Of a DNA stretch of 64,000 bases, positions 28,812 through 44,301 are shown one piece after another; position 1 is the stretch's first letter, and every line of letters begins with the position of its first letter. The notes beneath the pieces were generated by a model, which saw only the letters and a list, made by a program, of their open reading frames with translations, searched no databases and was not told the origin of the DNA. Origin of the DNA: a virus; IMG/VR virus record IMGVR_UViG_3300021091_000014, positions 64,001 to 128,000 of that record. The stretch is one strand, 5' to 3'. The position numbers were made by a program, and so were the translations under genes.

Positions 28812-30824
28812 ATGTCAGAGACCATACTCCAAATTAAACGCAGTACCACAACATCAGTACCTGCAAATCTACAACCCGGAGAATTAGCATATACCAGTAA
28901 CGGACAAGTTCTATTTGTTGGAAGTCCGGAAGGGTCTAATACTGCTAACGTTATAGCTATTGCCGGGGAAAGATTTCCCGGAGTCTTAACTGCTAATCAA
29001 GCGTTAGTCTCTAATACCTCAGCCTGGATTGACAATATTCAAACAGCCAAGTTAATACTTGGACCTGTAGGAACATCAACAAACGTAACCTCTATTGTAA
29101 CGGATAGCTCTCTAGCAAGCGTTTCAAATAATACATTAGCAACTGCCTGGGCTGTTAAAACCTATATTGATACACAGGCCGGCTCTTCTACACTCGGCGG
29201 TCTTTCTGATGTAACAATAACCTCTGCTGGCAATAATCAAATATTAGTATACGATGCAATTAGTGGCCAGTGGGAAAATCATTCAATTTCTGGAACTGCA
29301 AATGAAGTAGAAGTTACATTTGATGGACAAGACATAACAGTTGGACTGCCTGATGCTGTAACAGTAACATCATCTATTACTGTTGGTACCGTTGGAATAA
29401 ATGGATCATCTTTCCATGTTGGTAACAGCACTGTTAACACATTTATCAATTCTACAGCGGTAGCAATTGACGGGGTATTCTCAGCTGGCAATACAACAAT
29501 TAATGGATCAGCAACCATTACTGGTGAGTTGATTTTAGGTTCTAACCTCAGCGTTAATACTACTCATATCTCTGTCGGTAACAGCACGGTTAATACAACC
29601 ATTAACGCTGTTAGTATTGATACAGATGGTATTTTAAATGTAGAAGGCACTGCAAGACTCGGTAACACAACGATTGTAGGCTGGGCTAATGTTTCAGATA
29701 CAATAGCTGTAGGTGCAAACGTTGTTGTTAATACAGCAGGAATTTCAATTGGAAATTCTACAGTTAACGCACAAATTTATTCTGCTAACGTTAATTTAAA
29801 CGGTACGCGTTTACACGTTGGTGATGCAACAAACAATACTGTAATTACTGGGGTAGGAATAACTGCCACCGGCAACGTTAATATCACCGGATCAGCTAAC
29901 GTCGGATCTCATATTCACGTTGGTTCGAACCTACAGATTAATACGTCGACAATTACTTTAGGCAACTCTTCAGTTAACACGACGATTACATCCTCGTTTA
30001 TAACTGTCAACACAGTATCTACTTCTAACGTATATGTTACCGGTAATGCTCAAATAACTGGCGATTTAAGAGCAGATAATGATGTAAGACTAGGTTCAAA
30101 CCATACAGATGCAATTTCAATTCTTGGAGCTGTTAATACTAGTGTTGTTCCATTCAGTAATACCACATACGACTTAGGTAGTGCAACTCAGCAATGGGCT
30201 AATGTATACGGTAATAATATTATCGGGATGTATGGCACGTTCCATAACGATGTAAGCATTAGTGGAAACCTTACAGTCACTGGTTCTTTAGTAACAATTA
30301 ACGTTTCAACATTATCAATCGTTGACCCGTTAATTCAACTTGCATCTAATAATACTGTAAGTGATGCTATCGACATTGGTTTCTTTGGCTCGTTTAACGT
30401 AGGTGGTGGCAATCACGAACACGCCGGTTTATTCCGTGATGCTACTGACGGCAAATTTAAATTATTTACTAATTTAGAGCCATCGCCAACTACCACAGTT
30501 GACACATCAAATAACACCTACACTGTTGCTACGTTAAATGCATTCTTAGAGTCAGGTGCATTTATATCTAATAGCTCAGGTGTTACAATTACTGCAAACT
30601 CTTCCTCTGCAGTTAATATAACAGCTAACTCATTAAGTTTAAGCACCGCGCTAACAGTTCCAAATGGCGGTACAGGTCAAGCAACATTTACTAACAATGC
30701 TGTTCTATTAGGCAATACAGCCGGAGCATTGAAATCTGTTTCAAGCTCAACACAAGGGCACGTATTACAGATTAATGGCTCAGGCGTTCCTACATTCGCA
30801 ATGCTTGACGGAGGCACGTTCTGA
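28812..30824 (+). CDS. Tail-fibre-like structural protein
   Basis: N-terminal IKRS....P..L..GELAY, repeated VGNSTVN units, HAGLFRDATDG, ends LDGGTF. Confidence 0.7.
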   Translation: MSETILQIKRSTTTSVPANLQPGELAYTSNGQVLFVGSPEGSNTANVIAIAGERFPGVLTANQALVSNTSAWIDNIQTAKLILGPVGTSTNVTSIVTDSSLASVSNNTLATAWAVKTYIDTQAGSSTLGGLSDVTITSAGNNQILVYDAISGQWENHSISGTANEVEVTFDGQDITVGLPDAVTVTSSITVGTVGINGSSFHVGNSTVNTFINSTAVAIDGVFSAGNTTINGSATITGELILGSNLSVNTTHISVGNSTVNTTINAVSIDTDGILNVEGTARLGNTTIVGWANVSDTIAVGANVVVNTAGISIGNSTVNAQIYSANVNLNGTRLHVGDATNNTVITGVGITATGNVNITGSANVGSHIHVGSNLQINTSTITLGNSSVNTTITSSFITVNTVSTSNVYVTGNAQITGDLRADNDVRLGSNHTDAISILGAVNTSVVPFSNTTYDLGSATQQWANVYGNNIIGMYGTFHNDVSISGNLTVTGSLVTINVSTLSIVDPLIQLASNNTVSDAIDIGFFGSFNVGGGNHEHAGLFRDATDGKFKLFTNLEPSPTTTVDTSNNTYTVATLNAFLESGAFISNSSGVTITANSSSAVNITANSLSLSTALTVPNGGTGQATFTNNAVLLGNTAGALKSVSSSTQGHVLQINGSGVPTFAMLDGGTF

Positions 30825-30851
30825 TATTATAATTGAGTTTTAAGGATTGTA

Positions 30852-31052
30852 ATGGAAACTGAATTTATTAATGCTTTTATTGATAAGCAAAGAAAACTAA
30901 TAGAAGAGTTAGTTTCAAAAAATCTACTAGCAGAGGCAAAGATCACTATCTTAGAAAAAAAGGTAGCTGATCTTTCCTCCCAGGTAGAATCTCTATCATC
31001 AAAATCCAATAAAAAAGAGAATGTGAAGCATGACGAAAATACTGGTGATTAA
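30852..31052 (+). CDS. Small coiled-coil hypothetical protein
   Basis: 66 aa heptad pattern; AAGGA Shine-Dalgarno upstream. Confidence 0.6.
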   Translation: METEFINAFIDKQRKLIEELVSKNLLAEAKITILEKKVADLSSQVESLSSKSNKKENVKHDENTGD

Positions 31053-33042
31053 TTTATCATCCAGACCTGATAGGCTTTCTTTTATGAATCAACAGCTTTC
31101 AGGTTTAGAGTGGGAGAGAATTGATGCTCTTAATGGATATAATCTAGGACTTAATGATTTTAAATCTCTCGGGTTTACACCCTATAGCCAATGGACTGAC
31201 CCACTTTTAGGTCGCAACCATACTAACACAGATATTGCTGCAATGATCTCCCATTACCGGGCATGGGAAAAATGTATCGAATATGACTGCCCGGTTTTAA
31301 TTTTAGAAGATGATGCTGAAAAAATTAATAAATTAGATTTAAATGAAATAGAAAATTTGCTTCAGACATATGATGTAGTGTATCTTGATCATAGAGAAAT
31401 GGTAGAAGAAAAAACTCAGTATATTGATAAAAACTTTTTTAAGCCATACTACCCTTACTGGAATAGCGCATATGCTATTTCACCAGCAACAGCTAGAAAA
31501 ATAGTAGAACTATCTAACTATAAAAATAATTTAATACCTGTAGATGAATTTTTTCCTAGCTTGTTTCTTGTTGATTATAATGAATACTGCCTATCAAAAA
31601 ATAAAAATGTAATTAATAATTTTAATAGTTTACAACGCATTTTTACCGAGCATTTTAGCTTATCACCAATAGCTTATAAGAATAAAGTATTTAAACAAAA
31701 ACCACGCAGTGAGCTTGGTTCTGATATTGAAAGAGGTATTTTAATGAACACAATTGAAAACTTGCACCTACTTACTGTTGCAACTGATATTACAAAACTA
31801 GGATACCTAAACAAGTCTGTTAATGAAATTGGAAATCAATTTGTTAATTTAGGACAAAATAAAATGTGGACCGGTGGTGACATGAGTAAGCCCGGCGGAG
31901 GAATGAAATTAAACCTGGTAAAAAATTATATTAAATTCCTGTCTGATAACGATATAATTTTATTTGTTGATGGATATGATGTCTTTATTAATGATGATAG
32001 GAATACTATACTTGAAAGATTTAAAGGATTTAATGTTGATGTACTTTTTGCAGCAGAAAAAAATTGCTGGCCCTCTAATGAATTAGAATCTTTCTTTCCA
32101 AAAAGCAACACTGAGTATAATTATTTAAACAGTGGTGTTTATATCGGATACGTTCATGCATTAAAGAAATTACTTGACCAAACTATTTCAGATAGTGAAG
32201 ACGATCAGTTGTTTTTACAAAAACAATATTTAAAGCAAAAAATTCTTTCAACTGAAAGCCAAGTTAAAATAGCATTAGATCATGAAAATTATATTTTTCA
32301 ATGTCTGGCTGGAGCTGAAAAAGAATTATCTATTAAAAAGAATAAACAGATACTAAACAATGCCACAAGATGCTGCCCATGTATTCTTCACGGGAACGGA
32401 GGCAGCAGCACAAAAGCAAAATTTGATAGTTTAGTGAATGATATTTTAAACAATAATATTTTTATCACTAGAAAGACTTCAGTTGAAATGATTCATACAA
32501 CTGAATTCAATGAAATTTCTCCCGGTTCAGATATTATTGAAATGGATTTTATGACGCCAGAAAATTGTCAAAAGCTTATAGATCTAGCAGAACAAAATGG
32601 CAAATGGGAATCTATGTACGGTGATAAATTTCCAGGTCAAGAAATAAGGATTAGAGAATTTTCTATGGACTTCTGGAATGATTTAGAAGAACACTTTAAG
32701 AATACTATTAATCCTGTGATAGAAAAACACTGGTGGCCATTAATGATGTATGGTTTGAGAGATGCTTTTATTATTAAGTACGATCAAAAAACTCAATCTA
32801 ATTTAAAATGCCATCACGATGCCTCTTTAGTTTCCGGGATGGTCAAATTAAACGATGGATACACAGGTGGTGAAACTTATTTTTACAGGCAGAATTTATC
32901 AAATATAAATACTTCAGTAGGAAAAATGATTCTATGGCCTGGGCAAGTTACCCATGGACACGAAGGTAGAACGGTACATACCGGCACCAAATACAATCTT
33001 GTTATTTGGACTTCACGACATAGAAACGATATTAATTACTAA
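31030..33042 (+). CDS. Three-domain collagen-modifying-like enzyme: GT25 + PLOD-type glycosyltransferase + lysyl hydroxylase
   Basis: GT25: VINL..RPDR, SH..AW, LILEDD, AY.IS, PVDEF. PLOD-GT: LLTVAT, W.GGDM..PGGG.K, FVDGYDV, FAAE..CWP, LNSG..IG, DDQL, HGNG. Hydroxylase: HHDAS, GG..F, PGQ.TH.HEG, GT.Y. Confidence 0.9.
   Translation: MTKILVINLSSRPDRLSFMNQQLSGLEWERIDALNGYNLGLNDFKSLGFTPYSQWTDPLLGRNHTNTDIAAMISHYRAWEKCIEYDCPVLILEDDAEKINKLDLNEIENLLQTYDVVYLDHREMVEEKTQYIDKNFFKPYYPYWNSAYAISPATARKIVELSNYKNNLIPVDEFFPSLFLVDYNEYCLSKNKNVINNFNSLQRIFTEHFSLSPIAYKNKVFKQKPRSELGSDIERGILMNTIENLHLLTVATDITKLGYLNKSVNEIGNQFVNLGQNKMWTGGDMSKPGGGMKLNLVKNYIKFLSDNDIILFVDGYDVFINDDRNTILERFKGFNVDVLFAAEKNCWPSNELESFFPKSNTEYNYLNSGVYIGYVHALKKLLDQTISDSEDDQLFLQKQYLKQKILSTESQVKIALDHENYIFQCLAGAEKELSIKKNKQILNNATRCCPCILHGNGGSSTKAKFDSLVNDILNNNIFITRKTSVEMIHTTEFNEISPGSDIIEMDFMTPENCQKLIDLAEQNGKWESMYGDKFPGQEIRIREFSMDFWNDLEEHFKNTINPVIEKHWWPLMMYGLRDAFIIKYDQKTQSNLKCHHDASLVSGMVKLNDGYTGGETYFYRQNLSNINTSVGKMILWPGQVTHGHEGRTVHTGTKYNLVIWTSRHRNDINY
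32904..32911 (+). promoter_or_regulatory. Possible late promoter TATAAATA for the large collagen gene
   Basis: Exact consensus inside the 3' end of the enzyme gene, about 160 nt before 33069. Confidence 0.45.
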
Positions 33043-33068
33043 CAAAATTGTTAGATGGATGATGCCAC

Positions 33069-36473
<3,405 letters not shown>

Positions 36474-36480
36474 CTAACTA

Positions 36481-39628
<3,148 letters not shown>

Positions 39629-39639
39629 TAATTAAGCCG

Positions 39640-39647
39640 TATAAATA
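39640..39647 (+). promoter_or_regulatory. T4 late promoter TATAAATA
   Basis: Exact consensus before gp13. Confidence 0.85.
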
Positions 39648-39668
39648 CTTCTAACTATAGGAGTTAAT

Positions 39669-40640
39669 ATGGGCGTTCCTTCCTCTCGCGCAGAATTCAA
39701 AGAATATTGCCTTAGAAAACTGGGCAAACCAGTTATTGAAATCAACGTTGATGATGATCAAGTTGATGATAGGGTTGATGAAGCTCTTAAATACTTCTGG
39801 GATTATCACTTCGATGGCTCAGAAAAAGTATTTTACAAATATAGAATTAATGGTAGTGAATCAAGTAACGCTATTAATAATATTGTAATTAACAGCGGTG
39901 GTACCGGGTACTCAAACTCTCAAACAGTCACGTTTACTGGAGGCTCTGGAGCACTTGCTAACGTATCAACTTACTCCAACGGCACAATAAAATCCCTAAA
40001 TTTTACTTCCTACGGATCAGGCTACACTACTAGCTCGGCAGCAGTATTTTCAAACAATACTGGAAGCGGGGCTAACCTTGCAGTGACTGTTGGTGATGGC
40101 GCAATTATCCTACCAGATAATATTATTGGTGCAGTAAGAGTGTTCCCAATTGGCGATCCAACGGTTGGAACTAATGACATGTTTAGTATTCGCTATCAGA
40201 TCGCTCTAAACGACCTGTATACACTTACATCAGTATCAATGGTTCCATATTATATGGTTATGCAGCACCTTGCGCTAATACAGGAAATATTAGTTGGCCA
40301 GCAGCCTATCAGATATAACAGACACAGAAACAGACTCTATGTAGATATGGACTGGTCTAAAATGAAAGTTGGCGATCATCTTTTAGTAGAAGCATATGAG
40401 GTTGTTAATCCTGATATTTTTACTGACGCATGGGGTGATCGCTGGTTACAAGAATACGCAACAGCTAAGATTAAATATCAATGGGGTACTAACCTTACGA
40501 AATTCATAGGTATGCAGCTCCCAGGAGGTGTACAGTTTAACGGTGAAAAAATATTAGACGATGCCAAAGCTCAAATAGATAAGCTAGAAGAAGCAATGAT
40601 AAACAACTATAGCCTTCCAGTATACGACATGATAGGATAA
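39669..40640 (+). CDS. gp13: Neck protein
   Basis: YCLR.LG.PVIEINVDDDQ, YHFDG, K.QWG.NL.KF....LPGG...NG. Confidence 0.95.
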   Translation: MGVPSSRAEFKEYCLRKLGKPVIEINVDDDQVDDRVDEALKYFWDYHFDGSEKVFYKYRINGSESSNAINNIVINSGGTGYSNSQTVTFTGGSGALANVSTYSNGTIKSLNFTSYGSGYTTSSAAVFSNNTGSGANLAVTVGDGAIILPDNIIGAVRVFPIGDPTVGTNDMFSIRYQIALNDLYTLTSVSMVPYYMVMQHLALIQEILVGQQPIRYNRHRNRLYVDMDWSKMKVGDHLLVEAYEVVNPDIFTDAWGDRWLQEYATAKIKYQWGTNLTKFIGMQLPGGVQFNGEKILDDAKAQIDKLEEAMINNYSLPVYDMIG

Positions 40641-40649
40641 GGAAGAAAA

Positions 40650-42371
40650 ATGTCACTTACGCAAATTAGAACAGAAAGTCTTGCAGCAGAAGTTACAACT
40701 GCTATTGTAAGCGCAGCCGGGGTACCTCCTAAGATTACTTCATTAGATTATCCAGGTGATGATACTGCAGCTGACCCTGCTGGAGGACAGACTGTTGTAA
40801 TTAACGGAGCAAATTTTACAGCAAGCAGCACTGTTTATATTAATGGTAATCAAGCTGGTGTTGTTAGCTACATTAATGCAACAGCTCTTTCCTTTACGAC
40901 TCCAGCAGGCTCAGCCGGTGTTGTCTCACTCTATGTTGTTAACGCTGATGGAGGAACGGCTATTGCTGTTCCTGGTCTTTTGTATTCTGGTACCCCTACC
41001 TGGACAACATCCGCAGGCACATTAGGATCACCATATGAAGCTAATTCTTTTTCAGTAACTCTTCAAGCATCAGGTGACGGCAATGTTACTTTTAGCGTAT
41101 CCGCGGGCAATACTATTCCTGCCGGGCTTACTTTAGCGTCTAACGGACTTCTATCAGGCACAATCCCTGCCACGGACCCTACTACAACATATACATTTTA
41201 TGTTGATGCTATTGACGCACAAAATCAAGAAACTACTAGAACATTTAGTGTTACCTATACTAAAGATACAGTCACCTGGTCCTCACCAGCAAACGGAGCT
41301 GCTTATTCTTTTAATACAGGAGCTGCTAACACTATAGCACTAGAAGCAAATAGCGCGGCTGGAAAGTCAATAACATACACTATTCAATCTGGCTCATTAC
41401 CAGCTAACGTCTCAATTTCAGGTTCAGATATTACAGGCACACCAAACACGGGGCAAAATAATACATCGGTTATTATTAGAGCTACAGCTGCTAGTACAAA
41501 TAGATTTGCTGATAGAACGTTATATTTTACTATAATTGCAAATACACCTTATAGCCTGAGATATCCCAGCAATAATGCACCAGCACCACTGCTGCAGGAA
41601 CATAACGGAACATTTGAGTCTGACACGTTTGGAGATATTTTTATCTCCAGCGATGGTACTAAGTTTTATTCCACTCAATCATCAGTAATATATCAGTACG
41701 CCCTAAGTCCTGCATACAGCATCACTACCTTAACACAAACAAGAGTGTTTAGTGCAGGATCAGGTGTATCGGGAGTCTTCTTTAAACCTGACGGTACAAT
41801 TTTATATGATGTAAATTATTCTACTAAAAAAATCACTCAGCGACCATTATATACTGCATGGCAAATTGGTGACGATGGATACATTAATACATCAGGGGTG
41901 AAAGAATTAAGTGTTCAATCAGTACAAAATTTTCCTTTTGGTATGCACATCTCTCCTGATGGGACAAAGTTATTTATTATAGGTAACGCTGGCGGTAACA
42001 AAAACGTTCACAGGTATGACCTAGGTACAGCTTGGGAAATAGACACTGCTGTCTTTAATTCAGGGACAACATTAAATCTTCCTACAGCATGGAACGCATG
42101 GAATCTTACATTTAGTTCCTCTGGTGACAAACTTTTTGTTAGTCAGGGACTTGTTTCTGGAAATAACGTTATTTTAGAGTATGGTCTTTCTACTCCCTGG
42201 AACCCTTCTACCGGAACATTAAACTATACTCTCGATACTGGAGGCAGTCAATCGTCGGGATATCGAACAGCCGGACAAGGCGGTATATGTTTTAGTGCTG
42301 ATGGATCTAATTTCTATATGGGAGTTCCTGCAAGCGGCACATATCTCTACAGGTTTAATACATCACTATAA
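40650..42371 (+). CDS. IPT/TIG + Ig-like + beta-propeller virion protein
   Basis: AGGQTV.ING.NF, P.GLTL..NG..SGT, repeated F.PDGT..(Y/F) and Y.L.T.W units. Confidence 0.7.
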   Translation: MSLTQIRTESLAAEVTTAIVSAAGVPPKITSLDYPGDDTAADPAGGQTVVINGANFTASSTVYINGNQAGVVSYINATALSFTTPAGSAGVVSLYVVNADGGTAIAVPGLLYSGTPTWTTSAGTLGSPYEANSFSVTLQASGDGNVTFSVSAGNTIPAGLTLASNGLLSGTIPATDPTTTYTFYVDAIDAQNQETTRTFSVTYTKDTVTWSSPANGAAYSFNTGAANTIALEANSAAGKSITYTIQSGSLPANVSISGSDITGTPNTGQNNTSVIIRATAASTNRFADRTLYFTIIANTPYSLRYPSNNAPAPLLQEHNGTFESDTFGDIFISSDGTKFYSTQSSVIYQYALSPAYSITTLTQTRVFSAGSGVSGVFFKPDGTILYDVNYSTKKITQRPLYTAWQIGDDGYINTSGVKELSVQSVQNFPFGMHISPDGTKLFIIGNAGGNKNVHRYDLGTAWEIDTAVFNSGTTLNLPTAWNAWNLTFSSSGDKLFVSQGLVSGNNVILEYGLSTPWNPSTGTLNYTLDTGGSQSSGYRTAGQGGICFSADGSNFYMGVPASGTYLYRFNTSL

Positions 42372-42390
42372 TAACTAGTGTTTTAGGATA

Positions 42391-43116
42391 ATGACAACTA
42401 ATTTCTTCTTTAATAACTATACTAATAGTCAAGAACAGCTTCTTATAGAAGACCTTGTTGTTGAGTCTATTAGAATGTATGGTCAGGACATGTACTACAT
42501 GCCCCGTGCATTAAAGGCTAAAGATGAAATATACGGTGAAGATCCCTCTTCAGAATATAAAGCATTTTATAATGTTGAGCTTTACATTAAAAACGTGGAA
42601 GGGTTTGAAGGAGAAGGCGAGTTTCTTAGTAAGTTTAATTTAGAAATAAGAGACAAAATTACATTTACTATTGCTAAGAAAGTTTATGATAATGAGATAG
42701 CTGCAGTAGAGGCGACAACGAGACCTCAAGAAGGTGATTTAATTTACTTCCCAATTAATCAAAAACTATACCAAGTTAAGTTTGTTGAGCATGAAGCAAT
42801 CTTCTATCAGTTAGGCTCTATACAGACATATGATTTACAATGCGAACTGTTTGAATACAGCGGGGAGCTGCTTCAAACAGGGCTGTACGAAGTTGACGAT
42901 CTCATGGCCAGATACAGCTTTATTACATCGTCATACGCTCTTTATACAGAAGATAAAAACTACTTCTCTTTAACAGATGAGGATGGCTATAAGTTGTCTC
43001 TAGAGTGGGAATTGGATACCGTCGATCCTATCGCTGACAATAATGAAATACAAGCAGAGTCCGACGCATTTGTTGACTTTTCAGAAATAGATCCATTTAG
43101 TACTGGAGCAATTTAA
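42391..43116 (+). CDS. gp14: Neck protein
   Basis: EQ.L.EDL..ESI..YG, RP.EGDLIYFP, FVEHE..FYQLG, DFSE.DPF. Confidence 0.95.
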   Translation: MTTNFFFNNYTNSQEQLLIEDLVVESIRMYGQDMYYMPRALKAKDEIYGEDPSSEYKAFYNVELYIKNVEGFEGEGEFLSKFNLEIRDKITFTIAKKVYDNEIAAVEATTRPQEGDLIYFPINQKLYQVKFVEHEAIFYQLGSIQTYDLQCELFEYSGELLQTGLYEVDDLMARYSFITSSYALYTEDKNYFSLTDEDGYKLSLEWELDTVDPIADNNEIQAESDAFVDFSEIDPFSTGAI

Positions 43117-43928
43117 TGTTCGGTCAAACGTTCTATCACGGACATCTACGTAAATACGTTATACTTTTCGGTACATTATTTAATGATCTTTATATTAATA
43201 GAGATGATGCTGATGGTGATCATATTTCTTCAATAAAGATACCAATTACATACGCACCAAAAGACAAATTAATTACTCGCAATGTACAGGACCCCAATCT
43301 AAAAAAGCCCTTCTCAGTAATTCTTCCTAGAATAAGCTTTGAGCTAACTTCTTTAAATTACGCCCCTACAAGAAAATTATCTACTGTAAAAAAAGGCTTT
43401 ATTAAGCAAGACAGTTTAGATAAAAATCAACTCAAGTATGCTTACAATCCTGTACCATACGATTTAAACTTCTCTCTTTATATTGCTGTAAAAAATACTG
43501 AAGACGGTACAAGAATATTAGAGCAAATTTTACCTTTTTTTACTCCAGAATGGACAGCTACAGTTAATTTAATTCCGGAACTAGATGTTAAATTAGATAT
43601 TCCTACTACTTTAATAAACGTTACATCTGAAGATATTTACGAAGGTAGTTATGCCGAGAGAAGAGCGTTAGTTTGGACACTTGATTTCACAATGAAAGGT
43701 TATATATTTGGACCTATCAGAAAATCAGAAGCTATTACTCTTGCAAATACAAACTTCTTTTCTTCCTTTAATACTAATACTGATCATGAAAACGTAACAA
43801 TATATCCAGGTCAACTTGCAAATGGTAGTCCTACTAATAGTGCTAACGACACTATAAATAGATCACAGATAACAGCCAACAGCAATTATGGATACGTAAT
43901 TAATTATGAATCAATTAAAGAAGAGTGA
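43116..43928 (+). CDS. gp15: Tail sheath stabiliser/completion protein
   Basis: FGTLFN, P..YAPK.K, LPR.SFE, PVPY, EQILPFF.P. Confidence 0.95.
   Translation: MFGQTFYHGHLRKYVILFGTLFNDLYINRDDADGDHISSIKIPITYAPKDKLITRNVQDPNLKKPFSVILPRISFELTSLNYAPTRKLSTVKKGFIKQDSLDKNQLKYAYNPVPYDLNFSLYIAVKNTEDGTRILEQILPFFTPEWTATVNLIPELDVKLDIPTTLINVTSEDIYEGSYAERRALVWTLDFTMKGYIFGPIRKSEAITLANTNFFSSFNTNTDHENVTIYPGQLANGSPTNSANDTINRSQITANSNYGYVINYESIKEE
43853..43860 (+). promoter_or_regulatory. Late promoter TATAAATA upstream of terminase genes
   Basis: Exact consensus in the 3' end of gp15. Confidence 0.6.
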
Positions 43929-44301
43929 TACCATAAGTCAAGCACTAGATCTTGCCCCTATAGAGATAGTTGAAGCAGAAAAGATCAAAGTTGATAATGA
44001 CGAGATAAAAACAGACTTTGAGTATGCAAGAGGCAATCTAATAAACATTATTGAGAAGGGCAATGAAGCTCTCGATGGCATTCTTGACGTTGCAGGAATG
44101 TCTCAACATCCACGCAGCTTTGAAGTAGCTGCTACTATAATCAATTCTCTCGCTGCAGCAAATAAAGATCTTCTTGAACTTTCAAAAAGAAGAAAAGAAC
44201 TAGAAGGAGAGAAATCTCCTACTACAATAAACAATAATTTATTTGTTGGTAGCACAGCTGAATTACAAAAATTAATTAAAAATAATGGTACAAAAGAGTG
44301 A
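43906..44301 (+). CDS. gp16: Terminase small subunit
   Basis: D.EYAR.NL, HPR.FEV, NN.FVGST.ELQK. Confidence 0.95.
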   Translation: MNQLKKSDTISQALDLAPIEIVEAEKIKVDNDEIKTDFEYARGNLINIIEKGNEALDGILDVAGMSQHPRSFEVAATIINSLAAANKDLLELSKRRKELEGEKSPTTINNNLFVGSTAELQKLIKNNGTKE

